Of a stretch of DNA of 41,577 bases, positions 24,090-33,738 are shown one piece after another. The translations under genes and the position numbers were made by a program. Position 1 is the first letter of the stretch. The number at the start of each line of letters is the position of its first letter. Location: IMG/VR virus record IMGVR_UViG_3300045988_115369. One strand, written 5' to 3'. Under the pieces are notes generated by a model that saw only the letters and a list, made by a program, of their open reading frames with translations, was not told the DNA's origin and did no database searches. Source of the DNA: a virus.

Positions 24090-25079
24090 TTAGGCTGTAG
24101 CAGAAATAGTACCCATGTAAGCCGCTTCTGGACGAAGACCACCATGTCCCATAGCATAAGACGCTACGAGCATGTCTGCCTGATATTCAGCACGCCGCGC
24201 ACGTTCGATAGCAAGGTCTTTCAGTTTAACAGTGCCTACTGCTGTACGATGTGCTGCAATAAAGACAGTGTTGTCTACATACTCAGTAGGGAACACATGA
24301 CCAGCACCCTGAATTACACCGTCATTGACTGTTGCACCACCACGAGTAAGGTGGGGTGTTTCAATGATGTCAAAGCCAGCAACACGAAGAACATTGCCTT
24401 CAGTAATTGTAGCTACTGCACCATAATCATGATTGATTGCGACCAGAGAAGCTACAAGAGCATTTACACCAGTTGGTGTCATGAATACATAACGGTCATT
24501 CGCAGGAACATAGTTTTCAGACATTTTGGTCTTAACATTGAGAAGCATTTCCACAAGTTTAAGCCCCATTTTCTGAGTAACACCAATGTCTTCTCCTGCA
24601 AGAGTACCTTTGAGGATTTCACCTTTACCAAGACCAGTGATGTTTTCTTTGTTCGCCACAACCATCTTTGCAAGTTCTGCAAGGACTGCACCATCTGCTG
24701 CATACGCAAGAGCTTCACCCATCTGACGAGAATATTCTCCACGCACGTCAAAGTGAGACAGTGCTTCATCAAGGTCAGAAATGAGCTGGGAAGTAGTCAG
24801 AAGACCATCAATCTGAATGATTTTCTCTTCGCCCGGAATGTTTTCTCGCAGGTCATCCAAAGACTTACCAGATTTCAGATAAGCGGCTGTAGCACGACCA
24901 AATACAGGGAACTGTGCAGATTTACCGCTCGCAATGGATCGAACAATATGGCGTCCATTGGTTACAGAAGCACGTTCAAATGCCGTGATGGTTTCTCCTG
25001 CAAATACTTTCAGATAGCGGGCAAGAGCATCAGTACCACCCTGATTAAGCCCTGGCTGTGCGATTGTTACGTCTGCCAA
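24090..25079 (-). CDS. Major capsid protein (T7 gp10-like)
   Basis: SGKSAQFPVFGR, AADGAVLAELA, HRTAVGTVKLKDLAIERARRAEYQAD and YAMGHGGLRPEAA parallel T7 gp10A. The start is taken as TTG at 25079, 6 nt after AAAGGAGAG. The ORF-track start at 25142 lies inside a hairpin. Confidence 0.95.
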   Translation of the reverse strand: MADVTIAQPGLNQGGTDALARYLKVFAGETITAFERASVTNGRHIVRSIASGKSAQFPVFGRATAAYLKSGKSLDDLRENIPGEEKIIQIDGLLTTSQLISDLDEALSHFDVRGEYSRQMGEALAYAADGAVLAELAKMVVANKENITGLGKGEILKGTLAGEDIGVTQKMGLKLVEMLLNVKTKMSENYVPANDRYVFMTPTGVNALVASLVAINHDYGAVATITEGNVLRVAGFDIIETPHLTRGGATVNDGVIQGAGHVFPTEYVDNTVFIAAHRTAVGTVKLKDLAIERARRAEYQADMLVASYAMGHGGLRPEAAYMGTISATA

Positions 25080-25130
25080 AATAAACTCTCCTTTACATTG
25101 AAAAATAGAAATAAATGAATATATGAAACA

Positions 25131-25162
25131 ACAAAAAGACACACACCTGCTTAGATGTGTGT
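25131..25162 (-). terminator. Hairpin plus short U-tract between the scaffold and capsid genes (terminator or processing site)
   Basis: A 7-bp ACACACA/UGUGUGU stem followed by CUUUUUG on the minus strand. Confidence 0.45.
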
Positions 25163-25258
25163 TTGAATATATTTTTGCGATTTACATTTTGTATTTTTTA
25201 CCAGCGTTTCTATAAAAATAATAAGCCAGTGTGTCTTTTCATTGTTGTCATAACAAAA

Positions 25259-26062
25259 TTAACCAATAAAAGAACTGTTCATGGTTTTGTCCTGTACTTC
25301 TTTAGTGTACGAAGGGTCACGAAGATACCGTGGATCAGACATTGCCTTCACCATTTCTCCTCTGTTAGCAAACCCCATGTTGCCAGCATTGTTGCCAGCG
25401 TTACTAGACCGACCAAGAATAGAACGACCAGTGTAGCCGTTAGCAGCGTGCATACGAGCCTTAAAGCCATCAAGAGCCAGTCTAATACCAGCCATATCCC
25501 CTTTTTCAACAAGGTCATTAAAGCGTTCTGCACTTCCGTCATTCTGCTTGCTAATGAAGTCAGCAATCTTTTCATACTCTTCCTGTCCCCCTGCATGCTG
25601 ATAGACATCCGCTACAAACTGCTTTGCTGTTGCTTCAAGCCCAGTAATGTATGCATCAATAACAGACTTCGGATAACCTGCCTTTTCAAGCTGGTCATAG
25701 GACTTTTCAGACAACCCACCATCTGCATAATACTCATCAGCAAGGGCATCAAAGTCAATTCCTTTTTTCCCTAATTCATCCTGTAGCGTCTGGTCTGCTT
25801 CCACTGCTTTAGACACACGAGTTTCAATAGGCTCTTCTTCACTCGTGGGCTTGTCTTCATTGTCTTTGGTTTCTGTCTGCTCTTCTGTTTTCGGTGCAGC
25901 TTCTTCTGTCTTTTCAGTTTCCTGTGCTTCTTCAGACGGGTCTTTCGTCTCAATCTTTTCTGTACTTGTCGATCTGATTTCAACGTCTCTTCCCTGTAAA
26001 GCATCTTCTGCACCACCTGTCACTGCCCCTTCTGGATATAAAGATTCAGTATTTTCTTCCAA
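25259..26062 (-). CDS. Scaffolding protein (T7 gp9-like)
   Basis: Called from its position between portal and capsid. The N-terminal half is acidic and low-complexity. The start is TTG at 26062, after GGGAGG. Confidence 0.75.
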   Translation of the reverse strand: MEENTESLYPEGAVTGGAEDALQGRDVEIRSTSTEKIETKDPSEEAQETEKTEEAAPKTEEQTETKDNEDKPTSEEEPIETRVSKAVEADQTLQDELGKKGIDFDALADEYYADGGLSEKSYDQLEKAGYPKSVIDAYITGLEATAKQFVADVYQHAGGQEEYEKIADFISKQNDGSAERFNDLVEKGDMAGIRLALDGFKARMHAANGYTGRSILGRSSNAGNNAGNMGFANRGEMVKAMSDPRYLRDPSYTKEVQDKTMNSSFIG

Positions 26063-26066
26063 TTTA

Positions 26067-27644
26067 CTACATACCTCCCATCTGATTATTCATGCCATCC
26101 ATTGCTCCTTTTGCTAATTGAGGAGCTGCTTTCTCTGCCATATTAGACATCATAGACTGCTGCTGTTCTTGCTGTAGCTGTTCATCAGTCTTTATGAGTT
26201 CTTCTGTATCAATACCTAATGCTGTTGCTTCCATAATCATGATCTTCTGCCAATTCAGATATGTCTGTGCTGCGGGATTCATCTGCTGCAATTCCAAGAA
26301 CTGTGATAATTTATTAAGATCATGTCCGCGTCCGATTGCTTCTACACCTGTGATGACTTCCATGTCCACTAAGTCTGGGGGAAGGTCTGGAATCTGACCA
26401 CCTGAAGAGAGCTGTGCTACCAGTCGGCGTGCTAATGGTAACTGAAGTTCCTGAGACAACAAAGAGTAAATTCCACCCAGTGTGTCTTCCAGTTCCCCAG
26501 CCACATATCTAATCTCTTCTGCGGTTACACGTTCTCCGTTTCTCTGCACTGCACTATTCAGCAAAAAGGCAAAAGACAGCCTAGATTCAATATTCGCTGC
26601 GGTCTGCTGTGCTACATTCAGATCATTATATTTATCCAACTGTAACACCGTAATGTCTTCAGCTCTGCCAGGAATAAAAGCTCCTGTTTCTGCTTTAGAC
26701 AATCTATTCACTCTTGTAATGCCATTCGGATTCACAAGGAAATAAACAGACGCACAAATAGAACTAAGCTCTACAATGGCTTTACTGAGATTTTCAAGAG
26801 AACGAATATCACCCAGATATTCCTCTACAAAAGAACGTCCGTAAGATTCACCATCCATCTTTACCATGCGAAGCGGAATCCATGGTGCACTATCAGCAGG
26901 AAATGCCTGTGCTGTCCCATCAATCACTTCACCATTGACTTCCTGATAAGAGATATACTGTCCATTCTGTAACTGAATATCTGTATAAATCTCTACCTCA
27001 TCAGACGGCTTATGCTCTTCCGTGTTGTCTCCTGTCTTAGAAATCATGTTCTGTACATCTTCTGGAAGAGACGCCCATGCCACTTTGTCTAAGGTAATCA
27101 GTCTGTACCATGTCCCCAGTGCATCACGTACAACGACATAATCATTGAGACGATACATTTTGATACCGCCTTCCTGAGGTGGTAAATAAAGACAGGCATT
27201 CCCTGCGACAATCAGCATTTTCAGAGCTTCCGTAATGGTCACTCTGATCTGGTGTGTCTCTACATATTTCATGCAAATATTTTCAATTCGCATAAGCTGC
27301 TGCTGAACTTCCGTTACCATGTTATCCCCAGACTGCTCCAACTCCTGCTTTGTGTCCTGTGAAGGATTCAAAGTAAAGAAAGGGCTATTCGGGGGCATAA
27401 GAGCTAAGGCAAGTTTAGATGTCAGATTATTGACTGCTCTTGCACCAAAGCTCTGATATGGTGTACTGAAAGTAGTAGAAGCATTAGAACCATTCTGAGG
27501 GAACAGAGAAGGAATTGTGTATTTAGCGCAATCTTCCGCACGAGTGATATACATGTTTCTATCATTAGACAGACGTTCATATGCACTCTTCGCTGTTTCT
27601 TCACGGTTCTTGATAATATCATTCATGCTGTTCTGCTGTGCCAT
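26067..27644 (-). CDS. Portal (head-tail connector) protein (T7 gp8-like)
   Basis: YERLSNDRNMYITRAEDCAKYTIPSLFPQNGSNAST...GARAVNNLTSKLALALMP parallels the T7 gp8 N-terminus. Confidence 0.95.
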   Translation of the reverse strand: MAQQNSMNDIIKNREETAKSAYERLSNDRNMYITRAEDCAKYTIPSLFPQNGSNASTTFSTPYQSFGARAVNNLTSKLALALMPPNSPFFTLNPSQDTKQELEQSGDNMVTEVQQQLMRIENICMKYVETHQIRVTITEALKMLIVAGNACLYLPPQEGGIKMYRLNDYVVVRDALGTWYRLITLDKVAWASLPEDVQNMISKTGDNTEEHKPSDEVEIYTDIQLQNGQYISYQEVNGEVIDGTAQAFPADSAPWIPLRMVKMDGESYGRSFVEEYLGDIRSLENLSKAIVELSSICASVYFLVNPNGITRVNRLSKAETGAFIPGRAEDITVLQLDKYNDLNVAQQTAANIESRLSFAFLLNSAVQRNGERVTAEEIRYVAGELEDTLGGIYSLLSQELQLPLARRLVAQLSSGGQIPDLPPDLVDMEVITGVEAIGRGHDLNKLSQFLELQQMNPAAQTYLNWQKIMIMEATALGIDTEELIKTDEQLQQEQQQSMMSNMAEKAAPQLAKGAMDGMNNQMGGM

Positions 27645-27659
27645 GTTTGTCTCCTATCA

Positions 27660-27998
27660 TTAGAGATTAAGACCAGTACCTGTCGTACCCCCAGAACCAG
27701 CTGAACCGCCACTATCAATCATTAAGGCTCGCTTGCCTTTGTTCGTCCTCTTCTTTTTACTAGACACCAGATCAGATTCTTGCTGCCCCTGCGTAGGTTC
27801 TGGTGCTGCTACAGCAGGGGCAGAAATCTGCGGTGAAGCAACTTCCTGTGTACCATAACTACCACCAAAAAGTCCCCCTATGAGCTTAATAGCTGGCTGC
27901 GCTACTGCCCCTACTAATTTACTTACTGCATGCCCTACTGCCTTAAATGGTTTTGTAATTGCGTGTGTAACTTTATGCCACCATCCCATATTTCTCAT
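27660..27998 (-). CDS. Small virion-associated protein in the gp7.3 position, function unknown
   Basis: 112 aa, Gly/Ala-rich, with a basic KKKRTNKGKR patch and a C-terminal TGLNL. Confidence 0.5.
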   Translation of the reverse strand: MRNMGWWHKVTHAITKPFKAVGHAVSKLVGAVAQPAIKLIGGLFGGSYGTQEVASPQISAPAVAAPEPTQGQQESDLVSSKKKRTNKGKRALMIDSGGSAGSGGTTGTGLNL

Positions 27999-28009
27999 TC
28001 TCCTTTAAT

Positions 28010-28246
28010 TTACAAATTGTAATTTACACCTGTATCATTAGTTGCCTTATTCAGTGTGTCTTTCTTAACAGTAAGAGCTGCCACACCTTTCTTTTTGCTT
28101 GCTACTTCCCAATTCTTTGTTCCACCATAAACAGCATTTTCTGGATTCTGTGCAGTGTTGTTTGTCTGCTGTAGCTGTGCTGGTGTCATGCTAGGAATAG
28201 TAATCTTAGGCATCTTATTCCATAAACACATATCATTTACCTGCAT
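28010..28246 (-). CDS. Small protein in the gp6.7/gp7 position, function unknown
   Basis: 78-aa ORF, tightly packed. Confidence 0.45.
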   Translation of the reverse strand: MQVNDMCLWNKMPKITIPSMTPAQLQQTNNTAQNPENAVYGGTKNWEVASKKKGVAALTVKKDTLNKATNDTGVNYNL

Positions 28247-28451
28247 TCATTCTCTGGCATGCTAAAAGAGAATCAATCACATCCTGTACACCCTTGATGT
28301 ACCCAAGACGCATTGATTCACTTCCAACATCTTTAGCCAGTAAATAGGAAATATCAAAATTCTTACGAAGATACTCCATAACTTCTGCTGAAATATATGG
28401 ACGTTTCATCTCTGCACGTAAAGAATCAGAATCATCCTGTACTTTAATCAA
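28233..28451 (-). CDS. Small protein in the gp6.5 position, function unknown
   Basis: 72-aa ORF that overlaps its neighbours by a few nt. Confidence 0.45.
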   Translation of the reverse strand: MIKVQDDSDSLRAEMKRPYISAEVMEYLRKNFDISYLLAKDVGSESMRLGYIKGVQDVIDSLLACQRMNAGK

Positions 28452-29293
28452 GGACTACACCTCTCTTTCTTGCATGGTATTTGAATAAGATTAGGAAACC
28501 ATGGGATAATCTCTCCTGTCTTGCTATCGTAGTTTTCATCTCTAAGAATCCTTGCTACCTGTGCCTGTGACAATGCATAGGATTCAGACAACCCCTTCTT
28601 CTTAAATGCTTCAACTACCGTTTCCCACGACACACCCTTATCTGCAAAGAGTTTCTGGGCAGTCTTTGCCCCAATGCCAGGACATCCAGTGTAATTGTCT
28701 GCTGTGTCTCCCATGAGTGTCTGCATAAGATGGAAGTAATCAGCTTCTCCTTCTGATATGACGTACAACTCACGTTTCATAAAATTATAAAAGACACTCG
28801 GGATACACTTGAAATCTTTATCCGCAGATATGATGACAGTGTGTCCCTTATGTCTTGTCGCTAAGATACCACAAAGATCATCAGCTTCCAGTGTAGGTCT
28901 TGTGATACTTTCATAATTCCTTTTGCACCAATCAACAATGGCATGATAACAAACAGGTTTTCTCTTCCCTACTCTGTTTTGCTTATAAAGTGGATAGATC
29001 TTCTTTCTGAAATTATCTTCTCCACTGAAACAAAGGATGATTTTATACTCACCTTCATAATTGAGTTTGTCTAACACCGCAGCAGTGATTTCTGCAATAC
29101 GAGCGTCCACTTCACCTTTAGCATCAGCAGCATCTGCCCATAATGTCCAGACATCCCCATACCAGTTGACTTCATGCTCTACTACGGCACATGCCTGAAA
29201 GCAAATCATGTCTCCATCAAACACGAGCATCAGTGGGGATTTCACAAGATCCTGCTTTTGCACATTTAGCCTCCAGACCTTCAGCAATTCCAT
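28448..29293 (-). CDS. 5'-3' exonuclease (T7 gp6-like, FEN/PIN plus H3TH)
   Basis: LMLVFDGDMICFQA parallels T7 ILVMDGDWLVFQA. GDTADNYTGCPGIGAKTAQKL is an H3TH motif. Confidence 0.9.
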   Translation of the reverse strand: MELLKVWRLNVQKQDLVKSPLMLVFDGDMICFQACAVVEHEVNWYGDVWTLWADAADAKGEVDARIAEITAAVLDKLNYEGEYKIILCFSGEDNFRKKIYPLYKQNRVGKRKPVCYHAIVDWCKRNYESITRPTLEADDLCGILATRHKGHTVIISADKDFKCIPSVFYNFMKRELYVISEGEADYFHLMQTLMGDTADNYTGCPGIGAKTAQKLFADKGVSWETVVEAFKKKGLSESYALSQAQVARILRDENYDSKTGEIIPWFPNLIQIPCKKERCSP

Positions 29294-29516
29294 ACTTCTT
29301 TTTCACTTCATCTACTTCCAGTTCCGCTTCTCTAACGTGTCTATATGCAAATACAAGCGCACATACAGCGTCATTAAAATCCTTTACTTCCTGCATAGTT
29401 GCAAGCTGACCATAGCAGTCAGAAACATAAAATTCAATAGAATCAAGTGCTGCATAGATGCTCTTTCTTACAGCTGCATTATCAATTTTTTCAAGAGATG
29501 TCTTTTCCTGTTCCAT
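29217..29516 (-). CDS. Hypothetical protein
   Basis: 99-aa ORF whose 3' end overlaps the exonuclease start by 77 nt. Confidence 0.45.
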   Translation of the reverse strand: MEQEKTSLEKIDNAAVRKSIYAALDSIEFYVSDCYGQLATMQEVKDFNDAVCALVFAYRHVREAELEVDEVKKKYGIAEGLEAKCAKAGSCEIPTDARV

Positions 29517-30149
29517 TTATTTCTTCTCCTCTTTTGGAAGGTAATGTTTCACTACTTCAATATTGGCTTTTGCTGCATGAATAATAGAAGCATTAGCGTT
29601 AAACACTTCATTCAGAATTGTACGAAGTCTAGCAACAATAAAGTTATTTTCATCTGTCGTGTCACACTGGCTTGCGAGATCTTTCACTAACGCAGTATAT
29701 TTCAGAAGGCGAACACTCATGTCTTCTGCTTTACGATGCGCTTCATCTTCTTCATCCAACTTGTCATTATAGAAAGCAATAATGTCTTTCTGACGCTTAT
29801 CCATATATGCGACAAGCTCCTTCTCTCCCTTAATAGCTGCTTCCCCTGCTTTATGAAATTCATCATAGTCAACAGGAATATTGTACGTTTTATCAATATT
29901 CAGTTTAGAAGCTGGGTGTCTTGCATACCAAGTAAGATTATCTCTAGCCATTTCCAGAGGAGACAGTGTTGCCATATCTACTTCCTCATCCATCTCTGGA
30001 GACACAACTCTTGCTCTTTCAAGAAATGGATCAATAGATGCAATCCGTACAAAATCAAGAGCGCCATTTGCTTTTCTGACACTGACTGCCTGATCCAGAC
30101 AAAACATAACTCCATCTTCCATCATGTGACATACACATTCTTTAGACAT
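29517..30149 (-). CDS. Hypothetical protein, first gene downstream of phi-4
   Basis: Start moved to the ATG at 30149 (MSKECV...). The ORF-track N-terminal extension runs through the promoter. Confidence 0.55.
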   Translation of the reverse strand: MSKECVCHMMEDGVMFCLDQAVSVRKANGALDFVRIASIDPFLERARVVSPEMDEEVDMATLSPLEMARDNLTWYARHPASKLNIDKTYNIPVDYDEFHKAGEAAIKGEKELVAYMDKRQKDIIAFYNDKLDEEDEAHRKAEDMSVRLLKYTALVKDLASQCDTTDENNFIVARLRTILNEVFNANASIIHAAKANIEVVKHYLPKEEKK

Positions 30150-30197
30150 AATTTGTACTTCCTTTCTTATAAACAAAGAGAAATAAAAGTGTTCTCT

Positions 30198-30220
30198 TCC
30201 CCTTCTACGTGCCACAATTA
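30198..30220 (-). promoter_or_regulatory. Phage-RNAP promoter phi-4
   Basis: Minus strand TAATTGTGGCACGTAGA|AGGGGAAGAG. Confidence 0.8.
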
Positions 30221-30224
30221 GAAA

Positions 30225-32093
30225 TCAGTGACAATCGTACCAATTTTTGCCAATAATACCTTCTGTATCTAACTGCACTCTAAAGTTGTAATGTGCCTGT
30301 GTGTCTCGCATTGCAGCCTGTGCTTCTTCAACAACAATCTTTGCAACATCAAGATCTCTGCATGCTATCTGCTGTTCATCGTGAACCCATGCCATCAATG
30401 CAAAATCTCCATCCCACCCATGCTTTAATCCTCTGGCAAGCAGTCGCTCTTCTGTTCGTACAATCCAGTACTTACAGACAAGTGCACCTGCACTCTGCAA
30501 CAAAAGATTCAAAGCAGAATGAATAGATCTTACATGTAGCTTTCTTCCATCCAAGCCTTTGAGCCAGTGTCTTTTCCACTTCAAAATGCCCCCGCGGAAA
30601 TCTGTTTCCACAAGAGCATCTTTTACAGCCTTACGTAAAGAACGAATAGCAGGGACTTTCTTCAAGAATCTAGCCTTAACTGCTCTCCCTGCTTTTTCAT
30701 CTCCACCAATAAGACCACCCATCTTTTTATCCCCTGCACCATAGAGAAAGGCATAGATAAATCGCTTCGCTTCATCACGAGTAGCAAGACCTGCTGCTTT
30801 CTGGTTCAGTGTATGGATATCACCATTTACAACAACATCTGCGTATTCTCCCCCATCATAAGGTGCAAGAAAATGTGCAAGACAACGAAGTTCAAGACCA
30901 CATGCATCTATCCCTGCCTGATACCATCCTTCTGGAACGCCAAACAAACTTCTACATTCTTTCCCATAAGGACTAGCATTGTGAGGAACTTGTGTGACAT
31001 TAGGATTTGCGTGTGTCGCTCTCCCACTAACTGCTCCACAAGGATTCACTCTTCCATGCATACAGCCATCATTCTTCACTAGTTTAAGCCATGCCTGTGC
31101 CCCATCTGAAAGCTGTCCAAGTCTCTTCACAATCATCAAGTATTCCTCAATGATAGGAGACAAGGTTCTTACTTCCTCTGGGGCATCTGGATCCGTAGAC
31201 ATGAAATGGAATGTGTCTTCATCCACCTTCAATCTATCTTCCTCATACAGGTCTGGATTGTCGGGCGAATACTGATAATATTCAGTCACCAACCATTCAA
31301 TCTGCTGTCTGCTCTTAGGATTAAAATCTTTATAGCGTTGTATTGGAACGCCAGCCTTATATCCTAATCTTTTGTTGTCCCTCTTAGGAATGAAAACTTT
31401 GTCTGGAATACGAGGTGCCAGTTTCATCAACTCTGTTGCTAAGACACATTGCCTTTTCCGTAATACCTTTTCTAGCTCTTCTGCTGCTTCGGTATTAAAC
31501 GGAAAACCATTCTGTTCCTGCTTAAACATTAGCCATTGTGCTGCATGTTCAAGCTGAATAGCCTTTTCAGAATAGGGATGTCTTGTCAAGAAATCATAGA
31601 GCTTCTGGGTTACAACTACGTCCTGTCTGTTATACATCAGCATGTCTTCGCTGTAAGTAGCCCATGCATCCTCTGTCTCTTCCGCATACGTTCCTTTCAA
31701 CTCTCCCAGACGATACCCCCATGCTTTCAGAGACTGTGAGCCAATAAGTTTACCAGCCAATCTCCCCTTTTTGAACAAATCATAATCATAGTCTTTGATG
31801 TTACCATAGATCAGACGTGTCAAAACTAGGGTGTCTCGCACATACTTTCTTTGTTCCCTAGACACGTGGAAGATCTCTGGATAGAGTTTTTCAAGGCAAG
31901 GAATATCAAAATCAATGATGTTATGTCCGCAGATTGTCTCACCCTTATCAAGAGCATCCTGCAACATACGAACACCTACTTCAATGTTAGAAGGAGAGAA
32001 GCTATGCATTGTTTCTCCATCAAAGATCGCTATGCAGTGAACCTTTGTAGATTCTTCTAGCAAGCCGTTACTTTCAATATCAAAAGTCAACAT
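30225..32093 (-). CDS. DNA polymerase, family A (T7 gp5-like)
   Basis: Exo I is FDIESNGL. Motif A is DACGLELR, motif B is KRFIYAFLYGAG, motif C is VHDE. The start is the ATG at 32093, after GAAGGAGAAG. Confidence 0.95.
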   Translation of the reverse strand: MLTFDIESNGLLEESTKVHCIAIFDGETMHSFSPSNIEVGVRMLQDALDKGETICGHNIIDFDIPCLEKLYPEIFHVSREQRKYVRDTLVLTRLIYGNIKDYDYDLFKKGRLAGKLIGSQSLKAWGYRLGELKGTYAEETEDAWATYSEDMLMYNRQDVVVTQKLYDFLTRHPYSEKAIQLEHAAQWLMFKQEQNGFPFNTEAAEELEKVLRKRQCVLATELMKLAPRIPDKVFIPKRDNKRLGYKAGVPIQRYKDFNPKSRQQIEWLVTEYYQYSPDNPDLYEEDRLKVDEDTFHFMSTDPDAPEEVRTLSPIIEEYLMIVKRLGQLSDGAQAWLKLVKNDGCMHGRVNPCGAVSGRATHANPNVTQVPHNASPYGKECRSLFGVPEGWYQAGIDACGLELRCLAHFLAPYDGGEYADVVVNGDIHTLNQKAAGLATRDEAKRFIYAFLYGAGDKKMGGLIGGDEKAGRAVKARFLKKVPAIRSLRKAVKDALVETDFRGGILKWKRHWLKGLDGRKLHVRSIHSALNLLLQSAGALVCKYWIVRTEERLLARGLKHGWDGDFALMAWVHDEQQIACRDLDVAKIVVEEAQAAMRDTQAHYNFRVQLDTEGIIGKNWYDCH

Positions 32094-33738
32094 TTTCTTC
32101 TTCTCCTTCCTCATCAATATAGTCACTGAGTTTGTCTACCGCCTGTAAGGTATCATGCTCTTTGTCATAGAATAAATAACCACCAATGCCTGTCTCTCCA
32201 GTCCATCGACACTTCAAGACACGCACTCTTACCAAGTTCTTTTTCTTTCCTTCTGCCTGTTGATTTCTTTCAAGACCAAGCACCGTATCAGCGAGCTGTC
32301 CAATAGCACCAGAACCACGAAGCTGGGAAAGTGAGACACACCCACCTTCTTCAAACGCTATGCTTCCTACAGCATTGTTACGTCTAAGATGGGATATGAT
32401 AATAAGACCAACACCTGTCTCTTCAGCTAAAGAACGGAGCTGCGTCATAAGGATGTCAATCATCTTACGTTCGTTGTCCCCTTCAAGCCCAGAAATAGCG
32501 ATAGAAATATGGTCAAGAATAATGAAATCACACTCTTCACTCACTGCCATATATCTGATCTTATCCATCAGATTGTCTCCATCCAATGAACCAAAATGCT
32601 CATACAATACATAACGTCCAGTACCTAAAGTTTCGTCAAATGCTTTTCTATACTCTTCCTCAGAAACAGCGTGCCTATTAAGATACAGGCGTTTCCCTAC
32701 ATGAAGAGACATTAACCCTGTAGCAGTGCGTTTCGGGTTTTCTTCCAACATCAGCATGCCAATCTTCAGCTTCTTTACTACACCAAAGTCATAGGCAATC
32801 TGTCTTACGAAAGTTGTCTTACCTACCCCTGTACCAGCGGTCAAGACACAAAGCTCTCCCTTGCGAAGCCCCATAATCATCTTATTCAATGTTAAGTTCT
32901 CCCAAGGCAGATTGTATCCATCATTCTTCACATCCTCAGAAACAGCATCCCATAGATCTTTTCCGTTCACAATGCCATCTGGGGTATATTCTTTCGCATT
33001 CCAGATTGCATCAATGACAACTTCGGGATGCCCATTCTGCAAACATTCATTCGGGTCTTTGTAAGGAAGAGTACCAATATACAGCTTCCCAGGTTTCAAT
33101 AGCCCCTCAATGTCTTTAATTCCTTTTCGTCCTGCTTCATCCATGTCGAAGAATACAATCACTTTATCAAAGGAATTAAGCCATTCAGACTGGGCTTTGA
33201 ATACCTTTTTTGCACTGCCAGCCCCAGCAGGTATAGAGACACAAGGGTATTTGTTGTCGTTGATCTGAGAAACAGTCAAGCAATCAATTTCCCCTTCTGT
33301 CACTACTAACATCTTGCGGTGCCCATTTGCCCATAAATTCTGTCCAAAGAAACGATTAGAGAACTTTGAACCTTTTGTCTCAAATCTTTTGTCTTTGTAC
33401 CTAACCTTCTGTCCAATGAGTACCCCATGGTCATCATAATAGCAAGCCACCTGTGCAGGTTCATCATGAATAACTGTCTTGAAATATCCGTATTTTTCGC
33501 ATGTGTCTTTTCTAATTCCTCTGGCTCTTAGAGTGTCTGCCACCATATCGGTAAGAGGAATACAGCCTTTACATGCATGCCTGTGTTCTGTCTTGTCTTC
33601 CATTTCTTCTGCATCTCCTTCATAATGATACGTATCACATGAAAAGCAGTAAGTATGTCCATCAGAATACAGACACAAGGCGTCATGCGATCCACAATCA
33701 GCGCACGGTAAATGCGCTTGTACAAGCGTACTCTGCAT
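32080..33738 (-). CDS. Primase-helicase (T7 gp4-like)
   Basis: Zn ribbon CADCGSHDA...CFSC, a TOPRIM region (VVTEGEIDCL), Walker A GTGVGKTT, and an acidic C-terminal tail ending NVDF. Confidence 0.95.
   Translation of the reverse strand: MQSTLVQAHLPCADCGSHDALCLYSDGHTYCFSCDTYHYEGDAEEMEDKTEHRHACKGCIPLTDMVADTLRARGIRKDTCEKYGYFKTVIHDEPAQVACYYDDHGVLIGQKVRYKDKRFETKGSKFSNRFFGQNLWANGHRKMLVVTEGEIDCLTVSQINDNKYPCVSIPAGAGSAKKVFKAQSEWLNSFDKVIVFFDMDEAGRKGIKDIEGLLKPGKLYIGTLPYKDPNECLQNGHPEVVIDAIWNAKEYTPDGIVNGKDLWDAVSEDVKNDGYNLPWENLTLNKMIMGLRKGELCVLTAGTGVGKTTFVRQIAYDFGVVKKLKIGMLMLEENPKRTATGLMSLHVGKRLYLNRHAVSEEEYRKAFDETLGTGRYVLYEHFGSLDGDNLMDKIRYMAVSEECDFIILDHISIAISGLEGDNERKMIDILMTQLRSLAEETGVGLIIISHLRRNNAVGSIAFEEGGCVSLSQLRGSGAIGQLADTVLGLERNQQAEGKKKNLVRVRVLKCRWTGETGIGGYLFYDKEHDTLQAVDKLSDYIDEEGEEENVDF

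Noticed and set aside
24144-25118. 324-aa plus-strand ORF antisense to the capsid gene. Similar long plus-strand ORFs occur at 8022..8741, 9463..10077, 11175..11690, 14267..14893, 25157..25774, 29208..29690 and 29736..30221.
   Set aside because: Each lies fully antisense to a minus-strand gene that has clear homology or synteny. Their translations are low-complexity and Cys/Phe/Ser-rich, and they lack RBSs. They are typical shadow ORFs in an AT-rich genome.
25733-25740. Additional CUGAUGAG match on the minus strand. Looser CUGAUGA matches occur in the gp12, portal and gp16 genes.
   Set aside because: They lie inside conserved coding sequence. They have no nearby GAAA plus stem III/GUC arrangement and no flanking helices, so they are chance core matches and not hammerheads.
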